Shown here one piece after another: positions 15,150 through 26,058 of a stretch of DNA of 64,000 nt. The position numbers and the translations under genes are program-made. A model generated the notes under the pieces. It made no database searches. It had not been told where the DNA came from and worked only from the letters and a program-made list of their open reading frames with translations. Positions within the stretch are counted from its first letter, which is position 1. Each line of letters starts with the position of its first letter. The stretch comes from the human T2T-CHM13v2.0 reference genome, Homo sapiens, in the NCBI RefSeq assembly GCF_009914755.1, contig NC_060936.1. One strand, written 5' to 3'.

Positions 15150-16699
15150 TTTGAGAGAGAAAGTTGAGCTAGACTTTGTGCTTGCTTAAATAGCTCACAC
15201 AGCATTTTCTAGCCCTTCTAGACTGAAATTAAGGCCATGTTTCCTTGCATCCCCAAATATCCTGTATTAGTTAGGCAATTAGCTGATGACTTGTCTCTTC
15301 CTCTCTCTTGACTGTGAATTCCTTTGCTCAGAGGGCTTATTCATCATTATATCGCCAATATCTAGCCCAGTAACTGAACCTTAGTGCTTCCTTAATAGTT
15401 TGTGAAACTTCTAGTTGGAGACCTGTGGAGAAAACTCATTCCAGACTGTGGATACAGCAAGAGATGAGATATGAAGTCATGGAACTGAATCTCATATTCA
15501 GGAAACAATAAGATCTGTTGTGGCAGAAGTACAGGGTGAATGTAGTGGGAGATGGCTCAGGAAGGCTGGGTGGAATTATGTGCTTCCTCTGCTCTGATCT
15601 CACCACCAAGTGCAGTAGGAGTCTGTCTCTCCAATTGCCCTCACTAGGCCATGAACTCCTTATGGGCTCTCTGTGTTTTGTTCATCTCCTATTCCTCCTT
15701 CGTGGCCTATAGGAGGAATTTGATTGATGTTGAATGGATAAATGGTGAAAGGATTTTGTTCTGTAAGAGAGGGCTGTGGGAAAGCAGGGCTGGATCTTGG
15801 GGCCTAGGACAAGGTAGGGGCAGCACCTCGCCTGGAAGGGCAGCTCATGATCCACCCTATGATTTGCCAAGATAATCATAGTGGCATGTGAAGGAGAGAC
15901 GAGGGAAGCAAGAGTTTGGAGGCTGGAAAGCAACTTAGGAAGTTTTTTTTCCCCCCACCCACATTATAGATGAAGGAAAATGATGATTTCAACCAAATCT
16001 AAGAATTGGCTTTAATATCTTGAAGTCACTCAGAGAGCCACTGCTCATAGAAATAGCAGATGTTCTTTTTAAGGGAGAAGTGGCAAAGACTGAGCAAGGG
16101 TCATTCTGTGCCCTCCCAGCCCCTCGCTAGCTGCAGCATGCGTGCATCCAACCGCTTTCTGGCTGGGACAGGCGAGCTCCCTGCCTTCCCCTTCTTCATC
16201 TCTGTGGCAGCAAGGTCACACAAGGAACTCACAGCCCCAACCTCCAGTCAGCCAATTTCAGAACATGTGTATGCGGTTTACCTCAAGTAATGCCAGATTA
16301 AAAGGATGTCATTCAAGCAAAATTTCTGTTTGAAAAATGTTGAGCTGAAGCAGGGCAAGGCGTTTTTCAGGTAGCATTGCTCTCTTCATCTGTGATGTGA
16401 ATTGATTAGTGACATAGACAGTGTCATTTTGTTTCATGGCTCTTAATGAAATCCTTACAATAACCCATCATGCTGTTGTTGAAATCTTTTATTTAGACAG
16501 AAAGCATACCTTACCTAAGCACTCAATTGGAAATACAGATAAATAAGGGGTATATAGGAGTGGATGTATGTTCCCCTCTATCTGGAAAAGTGGACCAGGG
16601 ACCTGGCAAGATCAGCAGAGGACACTGGTGTACCCTGACTAGTGCTGGGTAGTCTGCCTGTCCTCCATCATTTTTAGACCCATAGAAGCTGGCCCACTT

Positions 16700-17170
16700 C
16701 TAGCCGTGATCACTTCCTACCCAAACTGTTTGAGTGGTGTCCTAGCTGATTTCTCTGTCTCTTTCCAGTGCAGTTCACTTTTAAACTGTGGTCAAATTAT
16801 CTTTTCAAAGCAATCTCTACCATTATTCCCTCAGTCCAGTCCTGCTCTATTCTCTATACAATAAAATCCAAATTCCTTACTTTTACATGACCTGTTAAAA
16901 ATTTACCTCTCTGGTGAGAACTCTCACTGCCATGGTTCCTATACACACCTGCAATGAGGATCATATCACCATATCAGCAAATTCCTTGTGTTCCTTGAAT
17001 GTCCCCTGTTCATTGCTTATGTGTGACTCCCCCCACCCTACGCGCCCCACAATGCCCTGGTCCCCAATCTCTACCAGTTGAAGTTGCACTATTTTTTTCA
17101 AGGCTCAATTCTTATGACCCTTCCTCCAGGAAGTCTTCCATGTTTCTACTACTAAGAATTATTCTCTCCC
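16700..17170 (+). mobile_element. L2 LINE fragment
   Basis: ataaaatccaaattccttac and ttcaaggctcaattcttatgacccttcctccaggaagtcttcc match typical L2 3' region motifs. Confidence 0.6.
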
Positions 17171-18918
17171 ACATCTAGGATCCTAGATATTATATACATA
17201 TTATATATATATATATTCTCTCCCACATCTAGGATCCTAGATATTATATATTATATATAATATATGTTATATTATATATAATATAATATATTATATATAT
17301 AATATAATATATATTATATAACATGTTATATATTATGTAACATGTTATATTATATATTATGTAACATGTATTATATATTATGTAACATGTTGTATTATAT
17401 AATATGTAACATGTTATATATAATATATGTTATATTATATATAATATAATATATTATATATATTATATAACATATATAACATACATAATTATATATTATA
17501 TAACATATTATATATTATTTACTATATATTATATATATTATATATACTATATTTACCTATAATAATTATATATACATATATTATTTACATATTATATATG
17601 ATATAATATATAATATATATCACCCTATTGTATATTATATATATCATGCTATAATATATTATATATAATATATCACGATATATATTATATATTAATTAGA
17701 TTATATAATATATTATATAAATATCACATTACATAATAATATGTATCATGATATATATTACATATTATGTAACATAGTATATATTACATATTATAATATA
17801 TAAATATATAAATTAGTATATAATATAATTTATAATATATAAATTAATATATAACAGAATATATCAATATATATTCATATATAACTATATAACAGAATAT
17901 ATTCATATATAAATATGTAACATAGTACATTAATATATAAATTAATATATAACATAATATATTAATGTATAAATTAATAAATAACAATATATTAATATAG
18001 AAATTAATAATAGATATTAATATATTATATATATTTTATATATACACACACATTTACCAGCATTTAGAATACTAAAATGATAAAAGTACACTAATTTTTA
18101 AATAACTAAGCAATACTGGTTAAAACCTTGAAATAAAAAAGCAAACAACACCTGAACTCAAAGCCCCAAAACTCCATTATATCTAAGTTTAAACAAATGC
18201 AAAAACAAGGAAAAGGCCAAATTTCAGGGTTCTAAAACCATAGATAATTCAATTCAATTTAACAAATATATTCAAGACATATATATATAGAAGACAATAT
18301 ATATATTGAATATATATAGTCGACAATATATATATTGAATATATATAGTCTACAATATATATACTTGAATATACATATAGTTATATATATTCAATATATT
18401 GTTATATATATATTCAATATATATAACAAACATATATAATATATAATATATATTATATACCATATATGTTATTTACTATATATTATATAATATATGTAAA
18501 TAATATATAATATATATCATGATATATAAATATATAATATATTATATATTATATATAATTTATATATAATATATAATATATAATATAGATTATATGTATT
18601 ATATAAATATATTATATGATAATATATCATGATATATGTTATATATTAAATATAGTATATATTAAATATATTATATATAAATATATAATATATAATATAT
18701 TACATATTATAATATATAAATTAATATACAACAGAATATATTATATAATATATAATTCTTATATAATACATATTAATATATTATATAATATATAATTATA
18801 AATAATATATAATTATATATTATACATATTAATATATTATATAATATATCATATAATATTATATAATATATTATATAATATTATGATATATTATATAATA
18901 TTATATGATATATTATAT

Positions 18919-19425
18919 ATGCAATTATATATGATTATATATAATATGCAATTATGTATGATTATATATAATATGCAATTATATATGATTATATATAATA
19001 TGAAATTATATATGATTAATTATAATATGCAATTATATGTGATTATATATAATATGCAATTATATGTGATTATATATAATATGCAATTATATGTGATTAT
19101 ATATAATGTGCAATTATATGTGATTATATATAATGTGCAATTATATGTGATTATATATAATGTGCAATTATATGTGATTATATATAGTGTGCAATTATAT
19201 GTGATTATATATAGTGTGCAATTATATGTGATTATATATAGTGTGCAATTATATGTGATTATATATAGTGTGCAATTATATGTGATTATATATAGTGTGC
19301 AATTATATGTGATTATATATAGTGTGCAATTATATGTGATTATATATAGTGTGCAATTATATGTGATTATATATAGTGTGCAATTATATGTGATTATATA
19401 TAGTGTGCAATTATATGTGATTATA
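18919..19425. repeat. 27-bp minisatellite, 18 full copies plus a partial ((A/G)TGCAATTATAT(A/G)TGATTATATATA(A/G)T)
   Basis: 9-aa periodicity of ORF 18883..19467 and direct reading. Confidence 0.95.
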
Positions 19426-19437
19426 GTGTGTAATATG

Positions 19438-19815
19438 ATACATAGTAATATATTATATTATGTATAATTATATATGATACATAGTAATATATTATATTAT
19501 ATATAATTATATATAATTATATTTAATATAATTATATATAATACATAGTAACATATTATATTATATATAGTTATATATAATATATAATTTTATATAATAC
19601 ATAGTAATATATTATATATAGTTATATATAATATATAATTATATATAATACATAGTAATATATTATATATAGTTATATATAATACATAATTATATATAAT
19701 ACATAGTAATATATTATATTATATATAGTTATATATAATATATAATTATATATAATACATAGTAATATATTATATTATATATAGTTATATATAATATATA
19801 ATTATATATAATACG
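19438..19815. repeat. AT-rich minisatellite, mostly 51-56-bp units anchored on CATAGTA, ~7 copies
   Basis: CATAGTA at 19441, 19480, 19544, 19600, 19651, 19702, 19758. Confidence 0.8.
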
Positions 19816-20806
19816 TATTAATATATAATATATAATTATATATTAATATATTATTAATATATAATTATATATTATATATATTATCAGAAAAGCAAATTTT
19901 TGCTTTCTTCATTACCAGACACTGGCAACATTGTGAAGTAGGCATAGTTAATCTCTGACAATTATGTAGTTATGACTTCTTCAGTTGTAAGTGAGGAAAA
20001 AACTACTTACAGTAACTCAAGTCATTTAGGTTTGGTAGGGAGGTAGTGTTTGTCAGTATGAGTTGAGTATGGTCATGCATAGACAAAGACTGGAACCTGA
20101 AACAGTGGAGTCACAGAAATTTGAACTGGCGGATCAGGAGCCAAGACTGTGCTCAGTCCTGCAGGTGGCGTGGGTTCTCACTCGTCTCTATCTTCTCCTC
20201 TGTCTTCTCCCACATTGGCCTAATGGCTGCCTTCTCCAACTCCGCATGTGGACCTTTCAGCTCATGCAGTCAATACTGATTGTATGTCTCTTCTGTTGTT
20301 CTTCCTTACATAAAATCATATGATAGGGAATCTGACAGATTCAACCTGTCTGTGGGTAGGTCCCTTGTGGATTGGGTGTCCACACATGAACATGGCTGCA
20401 TCCATGCAGCAGGGCTGTGGGCAGTGTCATCATGCTATTGACTCTCTTCCTTTTCATTCGCTCTTCCCCTGTCTTCCATAATTTCCAGTCATTCTTCTCT
20501 GCTGCAAGCCCTTTCAGGGATCTGAAACTCTTCATTCCAGGGCTCTCTTCTCAGAAGAAAAGTAATTTTTCAAAATCTTATTTAGAAAAATAATTATTTT
20601 CAAAATCTTATTTTGTACAATTAGATACAATTCAAAAAAGCCTAATTACTTAAGGGGTTATGATTTCTGAGCCCTCTGTCTTATCCTGGGAACAAAGGTT
20701 AGGTAATGATCAAGAAAAGACAAATGAAATAGTTTATAATTAAATAGGTAATATTTAGGTTTCTAATAATATCAACCTCACTGTATTACTATCTTCTTAT
20801 TTCTAG

Positions 20807-20881
20807 GACATGATTATTCAATGTTGCTCTGAAATAGCATCTCTGTTTTTGAATGATAAAGAGCCAACACCACTATCTGAG
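20807..20881 (+). CDS. CFAP54: Internal coding exon (75 nt, phase 0-0), DMIIQCCSEIASLFLNDKEPTPLSE
   Basis: Branch-like ctcac and tcttcttatttctag|GAC acceptor, GAG|GTATGT donor, open frame of 25 codons. Confidence 0.85.
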
Positions 20882-21491
20882 GTATGTATTTCTCCTTTAA
20901 AATTGTATCTAATTCACTCACAAGTATTATTGCTATGAAATGGAAATATAGAAAACATCTAATTGTAAGTATCAAGGGCCTAACCCTCCTTATTAATGTG
21001 AAAAAGTGATAAACATGAGTTTACAATAACACATTATTTTGGTTAAAAAAATTATGTGTTCAAAAAACATTCAACTAATACAAAGAACTATAAAGAGGGT
21101 AATTTTTAAAGTCACCTCAAATCTACAATTCACAGAATAACCCCTATTAATATTTAGAGTATATCTAGAATTTTCCCTATGTACAGATAAACTTTAGAAT
21201 TTTTATACCAATGGTATCATACTTTACATGCATTCTGTCACTTGCTTTTTTCATCGAATAATAATTTTATGGATAATTTTTATGTGAAAAGTCTACTTTG
21301 TCATATTTAATGCCTGCATAATGGTTTCTTTTACGTATTTGTTGTGTCAGGTGCCATTTACATAGCTAGATCTTTATTGATGGGTTCTGCAGTTGATTGA
21401 TCTTAGTACATACATATTTCATTCTTCTGTATTACCTCTTCAGAATTAATTCTTAGGGATTGGATTTGGAGTAAAAAAGTATACGTACATT

Positions 21492-22346
21492 TTTATTATA
21501 AAATATATATAATATAAAATTTAAAGTTTTAACCATTTTAAGTGTACAGTTCAGTGGCCTTAAGTATATTCACAATGTTGTGCAACCGTCACCGCTGTCT
21601 ATCACTGTCCAGAACTTTTCATCATTCCAAATAGAAACTTTATATCCATTAAACAATAACTCCTCAATTCCTCCTCCCCCACCACCCCAGCTCCTGGTAA
21701 CCTCTATTCTACTTTCTGTCTCTACGAATTTGTCTATTCTAGGTATCTCATATTAGAATCATCCAATATTTGTCTTTTAGTGTCTGGCTTATTTCACTTA
21801 GCATAATGTTTTTAAAGTTATCCGTGTTGTAACATGTCCTAGTATTTTATTCCTTCTTAAGATGGACTAATATTCCATTGTATGTATATACCACTTTTCT
21901 TCATGGATTTACTTGTTACTGGACATTTGGGTTGTTTCCACTTTTGGCTATTGTAAGTAATATTGCTATGAACGTTAGTGTACAAATCTGAAGCCTTGAT
22001 TTCAAATCTTTAGCACAATTGCTGAATCATATGGTAATTCTATGTTTAACCTTTCGAAGCACTTCCAAATAGTTTTCCTGAGCAGCTGTACAATTTTATA
22101 CTACCACCAACAATGCATAGAGGTTCCAATTTCTCTGCATTCTCTCCAAGACTTTTTATTTTCTGTTTGTGTGTGTGTGTTTAATAGTAGTCATCCTAGT
22201 GGGTGTGAAGTGGTATCTTATTGTGATTTTGATTTGCATTTCCTTAATGACTAATGATGTTGAGCATCTTTTCATGGGCTTATTGACCATTTGCCTATCT
22301 TCTTTAGATAAATATCTCTTCAATTATTCACCCATTTTAAAATTGG
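21492..22346 (-). mobile_element. L1MB-type 3' fragment nested in an older L1M element (~21000-22920)
   Basis: ttttaagtgtacagttcagtggc...tcacaatgttgtgcaacc is a mammalian L1 3' end; ORF2 3' motifs (gtgaagtggtatcttattgtg); similar flanks gtatacgtacatttt / gtatatacatttt. Confidence 0.8.
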
Positions 22347-22427
22347 TATATACATTTTGATATATTACAGCAAATTAATCCTCCAGAAATGTGGCACCAA
22401 CATTTCTCTCCTATCAATAGTAGATGA

Positions 22428-22769
<342 letters not shown>

Positions 22770-22919
22770 ATCTACACTAGTTTTCCTCCTCCTCTTCTAA
22801 TGGTTAAAAGCGTGACAAGTGGAAAATAGTATATCATTATTGTATTTTTATTGTTAGTAAGGCTAAGTATAGTTCTTGTGTTGGTTGGCATTCGTGTTTC
22901 TCCTTTAGCAAAATGGTAT

Positions 22920-23460
22920 TTATTCATTTAGTCAGCTGACAGATGTTTAGAAGAACTATCTCTGTGTCAGAAACTCCTTTCTGTGCACTGAAGAGCTAGC
23001 TGTGAACCAGCAACAAAGATTCCACTCTCCTAGAGCTACTATTTTTGTGGCAGGAAATAGACAGTAAACAAATCAATAAATGAGATAATTTTAGATTTTG
23101 TTGAGTGCTATGCAGGAAGAAAACATATGTTAGAGTTGGGGTCAGCAAACTACAGCCTATGAGCTATATCTGGTGACTGCCTGTTTTATAAATAAAGTTT
23201 TATTGGACACAGCCTTGTTAATTCATTTACTTATGATCTATAGTTGCTTTCACACTACAAAAGCAGAGTTGGGTAATTTTGGCAGAGACTGTATGGCCTA
23301 CAAAGCCTAACTTATTTATTACGTCACCCTTTACAGAAAAGGTTTGCTGGTCCCTGTGACAGAGAGTGACAGGGAATGGGGTCACAGCTTAGATAGGGTG
23401 GTCAGGGAAGACTGAAGACTTCTCTGAGGAAGTGACATTTGAAGTAAGACCTGAAATATT
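22920..23460 (-). mobile_element. L2 fragment interrupted by MER58
   Basis: attcatttagtcagc tail-like start; gatagggtggtcagggaag...ctctgaggaagtgacatttgaagtaagacctgaa L2 motifs after the MITE. Confidence 0.65.
23136..23356 (+). mobile_element. MER58A-like hAT-Charlie MITE
   Basis: TIRs (ggggtcagcaaac ... gtttgctggtccctg), internal ataaagttttattggacacagcc; 8-bp TSD-like TGTTAGAG/TGACAGAG. Confidence 0.85.
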
Positions 23461-23780
23461 ATACTGTATTTTTCCCATTAGCTCATTAGCTTCCTGGGGT
23501 CAGAGGTGATGCTATCTTCATCTGTGAGTTCTTACAGTGCCTTGTACACCACATCTCTTGGTCACTGGTTCTTGAGTTGAATTGAATTTCCTTTCATTTT
23601 GAACATCTGAAATTTAATCTTTGCTTCACTTATTCATTTGGCCATTTATGTCCTTTTCCCACTTTTTAAACAGGGAACTTAATTGTTTATTATGGAAATG
23701 TATAGACTTACTGTGGTAAACCACTGATAATAAAATCAAGCTTAAGTCTAATTTTGGATAAATTGTGGTTAAAAATAGGT

Positions 23781-24078
23781 CTCATCTTGAATTGTAACTC
23801 CCACAATTCCCGTGTTTCATGAGAGGAACCCAGTGGGAGGTAATTGAATCATAGGGGCAGTTCTTTCCCATGCTGTTCTCCTGATAGTGAATAAGTCTCA
23901 TGAGATCTGATGGTTTTAAAAATGGGAGTTTCCCTGCATGAGCTCTCTCTCTTTGCCTGCTGTCATCCATGTAAGACATGACTTGCTCCTCCTTGCCTTC
24001 CACCATGATTGTGAGGCCTCTCAGCCACATGGAACTATAAGTGCTTTAAAGCTTTTTCTTTTGTAAAAAAAAAAAAAA
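23781..24078 (+). mobile_element. THE1A/B-type LTR fragment (U3-R) ending in poly(A)
   Basis: THE1 LTR sequence lacking the first ~30 nt and all of U5; A14 tail at 24065-24078; flanked by AAAAATAGGT / AAAAA(TA)6GGT. Confidence 0.88.
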
Positions 24079-24134
24079 TATATATATATAGGTTATAAAA
24101 AAGAATTTGTTATAATAAAATATACAATTTATAA

Positions 24135-24370
24135 TGTCAATAGGCCTTGGTTTCTGACAGGTCTAGGTTGGAATCTCGGCCTTGAGTCTTGTTAGTTGTG
24201 TGAACTTGGGCAAGTTATTTAACTTCTCTAAGCCTCAGTTTTCTCATATGTAAAAAAGTACAAATTCCAACCTCTCACAGTTGTTGTGAAGATTAAAGTA
24301 GATAATATATTTTCAGTATTTGTCATAAGGCCTAGTAAAAATAATTGTTTAGGAAATATTAGCTATATAA
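24135..24370 (+). mobile_element. MIR SINE
   Basis: Core tgtgaacttgggcaagttatttaacttctctaagcctcagttttctcat. Confidence 0.8.
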
Positions 24371-25298
24371 TAATAATCATCATCATTATTATCATCATCC
24401 CCACTATGGTTTTACCCTCCATGTGTGAATTATTCATCCCCTAGTCAACTAGTTTTAAGAATAATTTTAGAATCCAAGTTTGTTTTGAAATATTTATAGA
24501 AAAGGAGAGGACAAATGTTAAAGGTAGTATTTTCTTTGTCTGTAATTTGGATTATTGTTGAATCCTGTAAGAATTAGGTCTATATTGCAGGATCCCAACA
24601 TGAAATCCTAGTGGTGAAAGCACTGCCCATCCAAGATGGAAGATGGCTTCCAGCTAACTTCCACTGAAAATAAGACTCACCAACAGTACTGGGATAGTAA
24701 ATGGTTAGGCAAATGAAATTACATGCCTTCATGAAGCTGTTTTTGTCACTAGCAGAAGATCTTGCTGTGCAATTTGGTTCCTTACTGAACACACCTATTA
24801 CAAATTACCTTTGCCTATGTTAACTCTTCCTAATTAAAATAAATATTGACATGCACAGCTTGTGACAAAAAGAAACTGAGAATAGCAGAAAGATGAAGGA
24901 AGGGAACGAGTGCCCCATGCTTTCCTTCTTAGTGATTAATCATGGAATGTCAATAACCATTACATATGATTTCTGGTGAGGCAGCAATAAAAAGAATTTT
25001 TAATTGCCTGTGTAGGTTCAAATTGTTGCAGTTTCTAAGTTGTCAGGTAGGATTCAAACATGATGCTAAAAATATTCTTGTTCTCACGGTGACTGACCAT
25101 GGAATGGGCTAAGTTCTTTAATAGAATCTCACATCTGTCAGTAATTATTGACCACCAGCTACGTATAGAACATTGGTATAGATACTTTTGTTGCTGCAAA
25201 GGCAGTGTAGATTAAAGTTCCTGTAGTTAGCAAAATGAAATAGTTTCATATTGGTTCACATGATACAGATAAATTTGCCTAATCAATTACACACGCGT

Positions 25299-25300
<2 letters not shown>

Positions 25301-25333
<33 letters not shown>
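25301..25333. repeat. (GT)16 microsatellite
   Basis: Seen directly. Confidence 0.95.
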
Positions 25334-25334
<1 letters not shown>

Positions 25335-25599
25335 TTTGAATGAACTAGAGTCATACAGAATCAGTATGGAGAGGAGGTTCCTAGGAGCAGATCATGATTT
25401 GAAAGTGGAAAAGGTTATCCTAGGTCAAGATATCAGATGTATTATATAAGGAGATTGCAAAGCAGTTTTTCTTGGCTGCTTGGGTTTGGTAGGATTTTCT
25501 TTTTTAGTTCAAGATTTTTAGCCAGACCTAGCATAGTGCCTGATAAACAATAATGATAATAGTCATGAAAATGCAAATATTTCTACTGCTAGTAGTAAT

Positions 25600-25845
25600 A
25601 TTAATAGTTAATATTAAATACTTATTGAGCACATGGCATGTGCAGACATTATTTTAAATAATTTAATATTTTAAATATTTAATATGACAAGAGCCCTATG
25701 ACATTGGTTACCATTATTATCCTTGTTTTAGAGATGAGGACACTGATACATAGGAAAATTTAGCAGAATGTGCAAGGTCTCACAGCTTGATAAAAGTAGA
25801 AGGCAGGAGTCAAATATGGGTCTGCTTAACTCTACACTTCTAACT
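25600..25845 (-). mobile_element. MIR SINE
   Basis: attattatccttgttttagagatgaggacactga...caaggtctcacagct reverse MIR core. Confidence 0.7.
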
Positions 25846-26058
25846 AGACTACACTCAGTAGGTGTTTTACTAGAATAGTGGGAGCAGACACTGCAGGGAG
25901 TTGAGGAGTAAATAAGGGGTGAGAAAGTAGGGGTGAGAAAGTGAAGGTTGAAAGTGTAGATTAGTCTTTAAGAAGATTCGAGAGGGTAAGAAAACAGCTA
26001 GAGAGAGACACAGTCATGGGAGGGTGTTAGGATATTAGCGGTCAAGGGAGGCTGTTAG

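Larger units (their letters stand above)
17189..19883. repeat. ~2.7-kb AT-rich low-complexity/minisatellite block with an embedded unique island
   Basis: Almost entirely A/T, built of degenerate TATAA/ATATT motifs and several sub-arrays; non-repetitive stretch at ~18050-18275. Confidence 0.95.

Noticed and set aside
18919-19425. CRISPR-like array
   Set aside because: Head-to-tail repeats with no unique spacers, no cas genes, primate context.
18883-19467. 194-aa repetitive ORF (VQLYVIIYS)n
   Set aside because: By-product of a stop-free 27-bp minisatellite; no promoter, splice or compositional support for translation.
20556-20613. ~30-bp tandem duplication upstream of the 20807 exon
   Set aside because: About 200 nt from the acceptor, outside the branch region; ordinary local duplication.
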